A DNA stretch of 24,000 nt from Terriglobia bacterium (GTDB taxonomy: Bacteria > Acidobacteriota > Terriglobia > UBA7540): the NCBI GenBank assembly GCA_035949375.1, contig DASZIG010000122.1:26491-50490 (forward strand), written 5' to 3'. Both the position numbers and the translations under genes were made by a program. The notes below the pieces were generated by a model. The model saw only the letters and a program-made list of their open reading frames with translations. It was not told the origin of the DNA and did no database searches. Position 1 is the stretch's first letter. Each line of letters begins with the position of its first letter. Below are positions 1 to 8,376 of the stretch, piece by piece.

Positions 1-296
1 CCGAGCGCGAGCGTCAGCACACACACCAGTGCGAATCCAGGCGACCGCCGTAGCCGCCGGACGGCATAGCGCAGGTCCTGAGCCAGCGTCTCGAAGGATC
101 CGATGCTGTTCATGTGGTAGATTTCCTCCCGGACCAGGCTCGGATTGCCGAGCTTTCTGCGCGCGGCATACCTCGCCTCCTCCGGCGACATGCCTTTGGC
201 CACGTTCTCGTCGGCTTCGATCTGCAGGTGAGCTTCAAGCTCGCGCGAGCGTTCCCGATCCCAGTGCGAGCGATGAAAGAATCGGCTCCATCTCAT
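1..296 (-). CDS. ADOP-family (FtsX/MacB-like) ABC permease, N-terminal fragment; runs off the window edge
   Basis: Not in the ORF track because it has no stop in the window. Minus-strand ATG at 296-294 translates to MRWSRFFHRSHWDRERSRELEAHLQIEADENVAKGMSPEEARYAARRKLGNPSLVREEIYHMNSIGSFETLAQDLRYAVRRLRRSPGFALVCVLTLAL. This is the stereotyped N-terminus of acidobacterial duplicated-permease proteins (...GMSPEEAR...QDLRYA.R.LR.SPGF). It starts 18 nt after the PadR stop, which is the usual PadR-permease pairing. Confidence 0.75.
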   Translation of the reverse strand, partial: MRWSRFFHRSHWDRERSRELEAHLQIEADENVAKGMSPEEARYAARRKLGNPSLVREEIYHMNSIGSFETLAQDLRYAVRRLRRSPGFALVCVLTLAL

Positions 297-314
297 ATCA
301 GGCCTCAACCGGGA

Positions 315-668
315 CTACTCGGTGACGGGCTTCAACACCCGCGCGACCGCTTGGCTCAACTTCTCCCAGCGGCTGGTCTGATCCGCCAACTGCCTCCGGC
401 CCGCCGGCGTCAGCCGGTAGTACCGGGCCTTGCGGTTGTTTTCCGAAGTGCCCCAGAAGGAGGCAATCCAGCCGCGATTCTCGAGGCGGTGCAGCGCCGG
501 GTACAACGATCCGTGTTCAACCTGCAGGACCTCGTCCGAACGATGCTCGATAACGTGCGCGATCGTGTGACCGTGGGCAGGACCGAGCACCAACGTCTGG
601 AGGATCAGCATGTCCAGCGTTCCCTGCAGCAATTCGCCCTGCAACGGCAAAGTTCCCCGAGTCGGCAT
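315..668 (-). CDS. PadR-family transcriptional regulator
   Basis: The winged-helix PadR core is [77 protein letters not shown]. The track ORF extends to 791. I prefer the internal ATG at 668 ([16 protein letters not shown]...) because the upstream 41 aa are Cys/Arg-rich and not PadR-like. Confidence 0.88.
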   Translation of the reverse strand: MPTRGTLPLQGELLQGTLDMLILQTLVLGPAHGHTIAHVIEHRSDEVLQVEHGSLYPALHRLENRGWIASFWGTSENNRKARYYRLTPAGRRQLADQTSRWEKLSQAVARVLKPVTE

Positions 669-855
669 TTGCTCACTATACTCCCATAGATCATCTTCTG
701 GAAGGAAAAAATCGAGCGACGCCCGGAGAAGGCAGCGGCGGCAGAACCGTGTCGGATCGCTTTGCAACGTTCCCTGAGATGTTCTATGCAAATGGCGCAG
801 GTGCGGACATTATGCGGGGCAGGCTCGGGGTGGGAAAGCGATGGCGCTCGGCCGC

Positions 856-2034
856 TCAGGCCACGGCTTTGACGGGGTCCTGCGACAGGAGTTTATAGAC
901 CATCTCGTAGATGGCAACTGAAGCCAGGTGACTTGGCTCCGAGAGCACGAAGGGCGTGCCGCCCTTATAGCTGCGCACACACAAGTCCGCGGCAGGCGTG
1001 ACCACGCCGAAGACCTTGCAGTCCAACTGCGAGCTGATGTCGCCGACGCGTAGGCCGGTCTCGGGCGCGGAGCGGTTGACGATGATGGCCTTCAAGGTCG
1101 AGCGGGAAACACCGGCGGAGCACAATTGTTCGAGCGCCGCCCGGCCGGAGGCGATGCTGCTGGGTTCATTGTCAACCACCAGGCCGCCAAAATGAGCGTG
1201 CCGGATGGCGGCCTGACTCGCCGCCGGCAAAGCGCCCGGCAGGTCAACGATCACAAAATCGGCCATGCGGCCGAGCGCGTTCAGCAGGGCGTCAGCCTTG
1301 GCAAGGTCGATTTCGCGCGATTCCTTAATGGTTTGGGGGCCAAAAAGAACCCGCAGACCCGAAGGGAACTTGACCAGACGCGCTGCAATCTCCGTTTCAT
1401 CGATCCGGCCGGTTTCGAGAGCAAGTAGAGAACTCAGATTCACATCGGGCATGTGGGCCAACTGATGCGAGAAGCTGCCGTAACTGGAGCGCAGCTCGAC
1501 GGCGATCACGCTGCGCTTTGCCCAGGCAATGCACGCCGCGAGGTTAAGGGCCAACGTCGTGGTGCCGACGCCCCCCTTGGCGCCGACCAGGACCAGAAAC
1601 TTGGCGCCCTCGGCGTCCTGATCCTTGTGCAGGTGCGCGGTCTGCTTCTTTTGCCGCTGCACCGCAAAGCGCAGGCTGCGGCCGAGCGAATGATCATCAA
1701 CGCGCCCTTTAATCAGGTAGTCCTGAGCGCCGAGTTCGACGGCCCTGAGCGCGATGGTCTCGTCGTCGAGGCTGCTCAGCAGGACGACGGGGAGCGAAGG
1801 TGCGGCAGCGTGCGCCCGGTCAAAGGTCTCAAAGCCGTGGCTGTCCGGCAGCGAGAGATCGAGCAGGAGGGCGTCGAGCCCGCCCTGGGCCAGGCGCTCC
1901 AGTCCGGTGTCGAGCCGGTCGCGGGTCTCAAGGTGAAACGACGCGCCTTTGGCCTGCGAGAGCATCATCGACACCAGCTTGGCGTCGCCGGGGTTGTCTT
2001 CAATCAACAGAACTCGGATCTCGTTTTCGGGCAT
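856..2034 (-). CDS. Response-regulator receiver fused to a TadZ/CpaE-like (MinD/ParA superfamily) ATPase
   Basis: The N-terminal receiver is canonical: IRVLLIEDNPGD, LLLDLSLPDSHG, VVLLSS and DYLIKG. The C-terminal part has a deviant Walker A, LVLVGAKGGVGTTTLALNLA, with Thr where the GK[ST] lysine would sit, as in TadZ/CpaE-type ATPases. Confidence 0.85.
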   Translation of the reverse strand: MPENEIRVLLIEDNPGDAKLVSMMLSQAKGASFHLETRDRLDTGLERLAQGGLDALLLDLSLPDSHGFETFDRAHAAAPSLPVVLLSSLDDETIALRAVELGAQDYLIKGRVDDHSLGRSLRFAVQRQKKQTAHLHKDQDAEGAKFLVLVGAKGGVGTTTLALNLAACIAWAKRSVIAVELRSSYGSFSHQLAHMPDVNLSSLLALETGRIDETEIAARLVKFPSGLRVLFGPQTIKESREIDLAKADALLNALGRMADFVIVDLPGALPAASQAAIRHAHFGGLVVDNEPSSIASGRAALEQLCSAGVSRSTLKAIIVNRSAPETGLRVGDISSQLDCKVFGVVTPAADLCVRSYKGGTPFVLSEPSHLASVAIYEMVYKLLSQDPVKAVA

Positions 2035-2503
2035 TACTCTGTCCTCTCTTAGTTTCCCGCTTCGGCGGCAACTTCGCCACGGTCAGCCAGAACTCTTCTA
2101 TTGCTGCCACTACCGCCACCAGCTGCGCGAAGTCCGGAGGCTTCGTCACGTAACAGTTGGCGTGCAACTCATAACTCTTCAGCACGTCTGGTTCCGCAGC
2201 CGAGGTCGTCATCACGATCACCGGTATGCGCCTCAGTTCGGGATCCTGCTTGATCTCCGCGAGCACCTCCCGGCCGTCCTTCCTCGGGAGGTTCAGGTCC
2301 AGCAGAATCAGATCGGGTTCGGGCGCATCGCGGTACTCTCCTTCGTTGCGCAGGTAGGCCATGGCCTCCAGTCCGTCGCCGACCGTGCGCAGGTTGCTCG
2401 GAATCTTGCAGGCCTTGAGCGCCTCCCACGTAAGGCGCACATCGCCCGGATTATCTTCGACCAGCAGGATCTCCACGATTGGAGATAATTCTTTAGGGCT
2501 CAT
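2000..2503 (-). CDS. Single-domain response regulator (CheY-like, Rcp1-type)
   Basis: The protein starts MSPKELSPIVEILLVEDNPGDVRL and has all canonical receiver residues (LILLDLNLPRKDG, PVIVMTTS, YVTKP). The ATG at 2503 overlaps the kinase stop as ATGA (2500-2503). The upstream part of the 245-aa track ORF lies inside the kinase gene and is rejected. Confidence 0.85.
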   Translation of the reverse strand: MSPKELSPIVEILLVEDNPGDVRLTWEALKACKIPSNLRTVGDGLEAMAYLRNEGEYRDAPEPDLILLDLNLPRKDGREVLAEIKQDPELRRIPVIVMTTSAAEPDVLKSYELHANCYVTKPPDFAQLVAVVAAIEEFWLTVAKLPPKRETKRGQSNARKRDPSSVD

Positions 2504-5500
2504 GCTTGCATGCTGTCGGCAATCGGCAAGGTGAAGTAAAAGGTCGCGCCGTGCCCCGCCTCCGATTCCACCCAGATCCGGCCGCCGTGCCGCTCCACAA
2601 TCTTCTTGCAAATTGCCAGTCCGATTCCCGTGCCCGGGTATTCCGTTCTCGAGTGCAAGCGTTGAAATATGGCGAAAATGCGATCGTTGTAACGTGGATC
2701 GATTCCGATGCCGTTGTCGCTTACCGAGAAGATCCACTCCTTGCCGTTTCGCCGGGCGGAGACGCGGACGCGCGGGACCGTCTGGCCCCTGAATTTCAAG
2801 GCGTTTCCGACCAGGTTCTGAAACAACTGCTGAATTTGAGACTCGTCGGCGAGGAGGGTGGGCAGCGGATCGGAGGATATGTCCGCGCCGGATTCCTGCA
2901 GCGTGACGCGGAGATTCTCGAGCGAGCGTTGAAACGCCGCCCGGCAGTCCGTAAGCTGCAGCTCCTTGGCCCGGGTCTTGACACGCGCGAAGGAAAGCAG
3001 GCCGTTAATCAACGACTGCATCCGGGTGGCGCCCTCCACCGCAAAGCCGATGAATTCCTGAGCCTCGCCGTCGAGCTGCGCGCGGTAACGGTCGGCGAGG
3101 AGCTGAGTGAAGCTGGCCACCATGCGCAGAGGCTCCTGCAAGTCGTGCGAGGCGACGTAAGCGAACTGCTCGAGATCGGCATTCGAGCGCTCCAACTCCG
3201 TGGTCCGATGGCGGAGCGTCTCTTCCGCATGTTTGCGTTCGGTAATGTCTTGCGCCACGACGAGCCGCGCCCCACGGCCTGCCAACTCCACCAAGTCCGA
3301 GGTGAGGTGGACGTCTATGAGCCGGCCGTTCTTCAGCCGCTGCCGGGTTTCGACGATATAACGTCCCTCCGCCCGCTGCCGGTAGTCGTTCTTCATACGC
3401 TCTGTTTCACCCGGCGGCAACAGATCGGTTACCCGCATCGCCAGGAATTCCTCGCGGGAGTATCCGTAACGGGTGGTGGCAGCTTCGTTCACCTCCAGGA
3501 AACGCCAGGTCTCGGGGTCCCAGAGCCACATGGGCAGGGGCGCGTCGGAGAAGACACGCCGGAACCTGGCCTCGGAGCTGCGCAAGGCTTCCTCGCTTCG
3601 CTTGCGCTCGGCGATGTCCTTGAAGGTGACCACGGCGCCTACCGTCCGGTCGCCCTCCCGAATAGGAGTGCTGGTGTATTCCACAGGAAAGCTTGTTCCG
3701 TCTTTCCTCCAGAAGATTTCGGTATCGAGGTGATGGATCTGGCCGTCCCGGCAGGCGGCGTAGATCGGGCATTCGGCCTGCGGATAGGCCGTGCCGTCCG
3801 CCTGCGTGTGGTGAAGGATGTCGTGCTGCTTCCTGCCCAGCAAGTCCGCCGCCGTCCATCCCACCATACGGGCTGCCGCCGGATTAATGAAGGTCACTCT
3901 GCCTTCGAGGTCCAGGCCATAGATCCCTTCGCCGGCCGAGTTCAAAATGAGTTCCTTCTGCAGGCTCAGTTGCCGGACGGTCTCTTCCGCGCGCTTGCGC
4001 TCGGTCACATCCTGCGTGATGATCAGGACGCATTCCTCGCCTCCGATTTGGATCAGCTCTGCCGAGAGAAGCGCGTCTCGAACCTCGCCTGACTTGGTGC
4101 GAAGCTGGGCTTCCATTTCCCGGACGAATTTCTCCCGCTGCACGCGCTCCGCAAACAGGGCCCGGTCCTCCGGGCGCGCCCAAACGAGGTCGGGAGCCCG
4201 CCGGTCGACGAGCTCTTCCCGGTCGTAGCCCAGGATTCTAGTGCAGCTCTCATTCACGTCCACGTATCGGCCCTCGTGGAGGGTGCTGATGCTCACCGCC
4301 GCCGGGCTGGCGCGGAAAGCCTTGGAGAATCGCTCCTCGGACTCACGAAGAGCTTCCTCCGCGACTTTCCGGTCGATGCCGATTCCCGCCAGGCGCGTGG
4401 CGATATCAATGAGCTCGATTTCGGCCGCGCTGGGAGTGCGCGGCTCCCGGTAATACATGGCCAGGGTCCCGAGTACCCTGCCTTCGTGAGATTTGATGGG
4501 CGTGGACCAACAGGCACGCAGTCCGTGTTGCGAAGCCAGGTCGCGATAATCAGCCCAGAGAGGATCCTGCTGCGCGTCGGGGACGATTACGGGCTCGCCG
4601 CGCCAGGCGGCGGTGCCGCAGGAACCCGCCTGTGGGCCGACCCTCGCGCCATCGATCGCCTGGACGTAGGCCGCGGGCAGGCTAGGCGCCGCCACATGCC
4701 GGAGATGCTCGGCGCCGGCGTCCAGCAGCAAGACCGAACACAGCGTGCCGGGGCATTGGGATTCGATGACCTCGGCCAGGCTGGTCAGCATCTCCGGCAG
4801 AGGCGCGCCGGTCGCGATCATCTCCAGCACGCGATTCTGGCCTGCTCGCAAGGCTTCTGCTTTCTTGCGTTCCGTAATGTCCTTGATTACGGCGCCGACC
4901 CCGCGGGCCTTGCCGTCTTTCCCCTTGACCGCGAAGGCCGCGATCAGAACGGCCAGATGTGATTCGTCCTTCCGGAGATACTCGCTCTCGTACTCCTGCG
5001 GCTCCCCTGTCGCGATCAGGCGGGCGAGGCGTTCTGCCTCGCTCGCCGTATACTCCGGCGCCGTCAGATCCTGGCACTTCTTTTCGGCAATCAGTTCTCC
5101 CCGCGAGTAGCCGGTGAGTTTCAGGAAGGCCTCGTTGACTTCGAGCAATGTCCCGTCCAAGGCCGCGTAGCCCATGGCGTCGACCGAGCAGGAATAAACC
5201 CCGCTCAGGCGCTCCTGGGCGGTTCGGGACGCTTCCTCCGCCTCTTTGCGCAAAGTGATGTCACGAAAGACGGCAACGCCGCCGCGCACCTTTCCCTCGC
5301 GACCGAGGATCGGTCTCCCCGTGACGCTGGTCCAAATCTTCTGCCGCCGTTTGCGATGGTAGACCAGAATCTCGACTTGGTCCGTAGGCTCTCCCCGCAC
5401 GGCCCGCGCCCAGGGGAGATCGTCCTTGGGAAAGGGCGTCTCGCCATCTGGAAGATATAGCGCGTGCTGCTCGGGCCGCGGCCAGGCGTCCACGGCCCAA

Positions 5501-6672
5501 AGGCCCAGAATGCGCTCGGCCGCCGGGTTCCAGCGGGAATACCTGCCTTGGGCGTCCACAACCACGACCGCTTCTCCCACGCTGTTCAGGACGGACTGCA
5601 GAAGTTGACTCTCGCTCTGCAGGCTTTCCTTCGATTCGCCCCAGGCCTGCTCGGCCTGTCTGCGCTCGCTCACCACGACGCCCAGGAAGAGGGCCGTCAT
5701 GGATACCGTCAGCATGACGAGTTGCAGGCGCGGCAGGCTATCAAGCTGCACGTGCGTGGCATGGACCGCGATCATCGCGCCCGCGTTCAGGGCAAGGGAG
5801 CCCAGGATCGCGCCGCGCAGTCCGTGCCGGACGGCAATCCAAATAATCGGAATGAAGAAGCCGTACAAAGGGTCGAAGAGAGCCACCGGCTGGAAAACGA
5901 TGACCAGCCAGATGGCTGCGGCAATACTCGCCAACTGCAGAAGCCACTCCACCACCTCAGAGGGCCCCGGCCAGTCGGTCCCGGCCGTCACGAGCGGAGC
6001 GCTCGAAGAGTCCTGTGGCGGACCCGCCAGCCACGCGCGGACGCGAGGGGCCAGAAAGACCAGCAGAAAGGGCGTAAAGGCGACGATCGCCACCGAATCG
6101 CCCAGCCACCAATGGAACGCAGCCACTGGATAATCCTCGCGCCGGACCCCGCCATCGGCGACGATGGCGAGCGCTCCGAGAGATGCCACTCCGGCCGCCG
6201 CGATCAAGTTCACTACAACGAATCGGCCTCCGTCCCAGAGACGGCGGAACTCCCGATCAATCGGCGAGGCTCGCCGCAAAATCACCGCGGCGCTGAGATA
6301 CCCGAGTAGCATGGACATGCTCGCCGGCAGAAGGCTCCAGGAACGGAGCGGCCAGTGGTAGTCCGCCAGAGCCGCGACCACCATGGCCACCACGGCCAGC
6401 GGCGTCGCACGCACACCTGCGGCGAGCAGCAGCGCGACTGTCAAGCCCGTGGGCAGATACCAGGCGCTCACGCCCCGCCATATCTGGAAGTAGACCGACG
6501 AGCGGTCGAGGGCCAAGTACAGCCCAATGTAAGCGAGCCCGAACAGAACGCGCCGGGCAAGGAAACCCGCCCGCCCGCCCGGGGGCTCGGAGAGCGCAGG
6601 CGCGGTCCCGCCGGACAACCACACGACGAAACCGTGCAAGGCCCCGACACTCCTCCGGGCAGCCCTAAACAT
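2500..6672 (-). CDS. Multi-sensor histidine kinase: N-terminal polytopic membrane (MASE1-like) region, about 5 PAS domains, 1 GAF domain, HisKA and HATPase_c
   Basis: The H-box is FAYVASHDLQEPLRMV. The N and G boxes are NLVGNALKF, DNGIGIDP and GTGIGLAICKKIVERHGG. The GAF-like segment is NRVLEMIATGAPLPEMLTSLAEVIES...LLLD. PAS signatures recur, for example LNSAGEGIYGLDLEGRVTFINPAAARMVGW. The first roughly 330 aa are hydrophobic. Confidence 0.9.
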   Translation of the reverse strand: MFRAARRSVGALHGFVVWLSGGTAPALSEPPGGRAGFLARRVLFGLAYIGLYLALDRSSVYFQIWRGVSAWYLPTGLTVALLLAAGVRATPLAVVAMVVAALADYHWPLRSWSLLPASMSMLLGYLSAAVILRRASPIDREFRRLWDGGRFVVVNLIAAAGVASLGALAIVADGGVRREDYPVAAFHWWLGDSVAIVAFTPFLLVFLAPRVRAWLAGPPQDSSSAPLVTAGTDWPGPSEVVEWLLQLASIAAAIWLVIVFQPVALFDPLYGFFIPIIWIAVRHGLRGAILGSLALNAGAMIAVHATHVQLDSLPRLQLVMLTVSMTALFLGVVVSERRQAEQAWGESKESLQSESQLLQSVLNSVGEAVVVVDAQGRYSRWNPAAERILGLWAVDAWPRPEQHALYLPDGETPFPKDDLPWARAVRGEPTDQVEILVYHRKRRQKIWTSVTGRPILGREGKVRGGVAVFRDITLRKEAEEASRTAQERLSGVYSCSVDAMGYAALDGTLLEVNEAFLKLTGYSRGELIAEKKCQDLTAPEYTASEAERLARLIATGEPQEYESEYLRKDESHLAVLIAAFAVKGKDGKARGVGAVIKDITERKKAEALRAGQNRVLEMIATGAPLPEMLTSLAEVIESQCPGTLCSVLLLDAGAEHLRHVAAPSLPAAYVQAIDGARVGPQAGSCGTAAWRGEPVIVPDAQQDPLWADYRDLASQHGLRACWSTPIKSHEGRVLGTLAMYYREPRTPSAAEIELIDIATRLAGIGIDRKVAEEALRESEERFSKAFRASPAAVSISTLHEGRYVDVNESCTRILGYDREELVDRRAPDLVWARPEDRALFAERVQREKFVREMEAQLRTKSGEVRDALLSAELIQIGGEECVLIITQDVTERKRAEETVRQLSLQKELILNSAGEGIYGLDLEGRVTFINPAAARMVGWTAADLLGRKQHDILHHTQADGTAYPQAECPIYAACRDGQIHHLDTEIFWRKDGTSFPVEYTSTPIREGDRTVGAVVTFKDIAERKRSEEALRSSEARFRRVFSDAPLPMWLWDPETWRFLEVNEAATTRYGYSREEFLAMRVTDLLPPGETERMKNDYRQRAEGRYIVETRQRLKNGRLIDVHLTSDLVELAGRGARLVVAQDITERKHAEETLRHRTTELERSNADLEQFAYVASHDLQEPLRMVASFTQLLADRYRAQLDGEAQEFIGFAVEGATRMQSLINGLLSFARVKTRAKELQLTDCRAAFQRSLENLRVTLQESGADISSDPLPTLLADESQIQQLFQNLVGNALKFRGQTVPRVRVSARRNGKEWIFSVSDNGIGIDPRYNDRIFAIFQRLHSRTEYPGTGIGLAICKKIVERHGGRIWVESEAGHGATFYFTLPIADSMQA

Positions 6673-6803
6673 TATCTATCCTTGTACTATCTCAGCATAA
6701 GCTGTCATCGTGCGGCACCCTCGCCCTGGCCCGTCACCGTGGAGTCCACCGCAGCTTCCTCGGCCGTCACGTAAAAGAGACATACTACCCCGGTGTTAGT
6801 GAC

Positions 6804-6829
6804 TTTTAAAACCGGGACCTTAGTCCCGG
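6804..6829 (-). terminator. Candidate intrinsic terminator or attenuator hairpin in the kinase leader, or the 3' end of a small RNA
   Basis: The minus strand reads CCGGGAC-TAAG-GTCCCGG (7-bp GC-rich stem, 6829-6812) followed by TTTTAAAAG. No minus-strand gene ends upstream of it. It lies about 135 nt upstream of the kinase start at 6672. Confidence 0.4.
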
Positions 6830-7078
6830 GCCGGAGCGGCGCTGTACTATCGACCTACTCACGCGGCAGGCGCAGGAGCACGTATCCCCACAAGCTCCGG
6901 GGTAGACCCGATCAAGCGAACGTGGGATAAGAGTGAACCGACGCGTGCCTCGTTGGGCTGCGGAGCAAGCGGCGTGCCACATTCGGGTCGCCGGACGGGA
7001 TAATCCGCACACTTCTTGACCTCGCGCCGCCAGTTGAGTCAGACTGGGCCCGACGAAATCGAATCGGGAGTCGCGGCC

Positions 7079-7711
7079 ATGCCCTCTGCCCTTAACGTCA
7101 TCGTTGTCTTGATCCTGCTTGCGGCGCAGTCCGCCACATCTCCTGCGCCCAAGGCTTGGACGCCGTTGTTCAACGGCAAAGACCTGTCCGGTTGGACTGT
7201 GAACGGCACCGAGAAGTGGGTGGTGGAAGACGGCACTGTGGTCGGGGAGAGCACCACTGGCCACTACGGCTATCTGACCACCGCCAGGAGTTATCGCGAC
7301 TTCAATCTGCGGCTCCGGTTCAAGCCCGAAGCCAAGGGAAACAGCGGCGTGTTTATTCGCTCTCGCATTACAGGCAACGATCCCGATCACGGCCCGGATA
7401 TCGAAGGCATGCAAGTGGAGGTCGATCCCACTCCCGGAAAACATACGGGCGGGCTTTACGAGAGCGGGGGCCGGGGTTGGGTGATCCAGCCCACGCCGGA
7501 AGGCGAGCAGGCCCTGAAACCGGAGGTGTGGAACGATCTGGAAATCTCCGCCCATGGCAGCCACATTATTACGAGGCTCAACGGCGTTCAGATTGTCGAT
7601 TACCAAGACCCGGCGCCCCGGTTCACGGATGGCGTCATCGGCTTGCAGCTCCATACAGGCGGAGGGGTCAAGATGCGTTGGAAGGATATTGAGATTCAGG
7701 AAGTGCCGTAG
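7079..7711 (+). CDS. DUF1080 / 3-keto-disaccharide-hydrolase-domain protein, secreted
   Basis: Family-typical segments are WTPLFNGKDLSGWTVNG...WVVEDGTVVG...GYLTTARSYRDFNLRLRFK...GNSGVFIR...GMQVEVD...TGGLYE...NDLEISAHGSHIITRLNGVQIVDY...GVIGLQLH...VKMRWKDIEIQE. I prefer the start at 7079 (MPSALNVIVVLILLAAQSA, signal-peptide-like), which has GGGAG 8 nt upstream. Confidence 0.85.
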   Translation: MPSALNVIVVLILLAAQSATSPAPKAWTPLFNGKDLSGWTVNGTEKWVVEDGTVVGESTTGHYGYLTTARSYRDFNLRLRFKPEAKGNSGVFIRSRITGNDPDHGPDIEGMQVEVDPTPGKHTGGLYESGGRGWVIQPTPEGEQALKPEVWNDLEISAHGSHIITRLNGVQIVDYQDPAPRFTDGVIGLQLHTGGGVKMRWKDIEIQEVP

Positions 7712-7738
7712 CAGTCTACTAACCGGCCTTGCGGCACA

Positions 7739-8362
7739 TCACGGCCAATCGCTATCGAACCGCTGTTCCCGCCACGGATCGCCGTACATGTGGTAGCCAT
7801 TGCGCTCCCAGTAGCCCGGCTGATCGCCGGCCATGAATTCGAACTGACGCACCCACTTGGCGCTTTTCCAACCGTATAGTTTCGGTACCACCAGACGCAG
7901 GGGACCGCCGTGCTCGGGCTCGAGCGGCGCGCCGTCATGACGGTCTGCGAGCAGCACGCCATCCTCCTTGAGATCGGCGAGCGGCAGGTTGGTGGTGTAT
8001 CCCTCGTCCGAGTGAACCAGCACGTGCGTGGCGCTCGAAAGGGGCTGGGTCAGGTCAGAGAGAGTGCGGAAACTCACTCCCTCCCAGCGATTGTCGAACC
8101 GGCTCCAGCGCGTTACGCAATGAAAATCTGCCGTCACCTGAACACGGGGCAGTGCCTGAAACTCGTCCCACGTCAGCCGCACGAGGTTGCGAACGAATCC
8201 CGCCGTACGCAAGTCCCAGGTCTTCGGGTCGAAGCGCGGAACTCCCCCCAAGTGCAGCACCGGCCACTTGAGCGTGGCCACTTGCCCGGGCGGCAGCCGT
8301 CCAGCTTCCTTCATTTGCGCTTCAAGCTGCTTGCGGTCCACGTTGTTCGAGAAAATGCCCAT
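7739..8362 (-). CDS. Molybdopterin-dependent oxidoreductase, sulfite-oxidase/YedY-like catalytic domain
   Basis: Supporting motifs are FHCVTRWS (the family's Mo-ligand Cys context), GAPLEPEHGGPLRLVVPKLYGWKSAKWV and GYWERNGYH. I prefer the start at 8362 (MGIFSNN...), 14 nt after the upstream DUF885 stop. The longer track ORF would overlap that gene. Confidence 0.85.
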   Translation of the reverse strand: MGIFSNNVDRKQLEAQMKEAGRLPPGQVATLKWPVLHLGGVPRFDPKTWDLRTAGFVRNLVRLTWDEFQALPRVQVTADFHCVTRWSRFDNRWEGVSFRTLSDLTQPLSSATHVLVHSDEGYTTNLPLADLKEDGVLLADRHDGAPLEPEHGGPLRLVVPKLYGWKSAKWVRQFEFMAGDQPGYWERNGYHMYGDPWREQRFDSDWP

Positions 8363-8376
8363 AGATGGGGAAGGTC

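Noticed and set aside
669-791. N-terminal extensions offered by the ORF track: PadR to 791, response regulator to 2737, DUF1080 protein from 7016, Mo-oxidoreductase to 8413, TROVE protein to 12720.
   Set aside because: The extensions overlap upstream genes or lack family-like sequence. The internal starts coincide with the beginning of the conserved domain, and where visible they have a Shine-Dalgarno sequence (AAGGAGG before 12627, GGGAG before 7079) or an ATGA stop-start overlap (2503).
2506-4092. Long ORFs antisense to, or out of frame with, the called genes. Examples: 114-689 +, 1453-2052 +, 2506-4092 +, 4276-4962 +, 5464-6309 +, 6806-7654 -, 7910-8560 +, 8680-9402 +, 11821-12732 +, 16046-16822 +, 17698-18471 -, 19401-20543 +, 20553-21251 +, 21358-22536 -.
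   Set aside because: They are typical high-GC shadow ORFs. Their translations are Arg/Gly/Pro/Ala-rich low-complexity sequence with no motifs. Each lies fully inside a gene on the other strand or frame that has clear family signatures.
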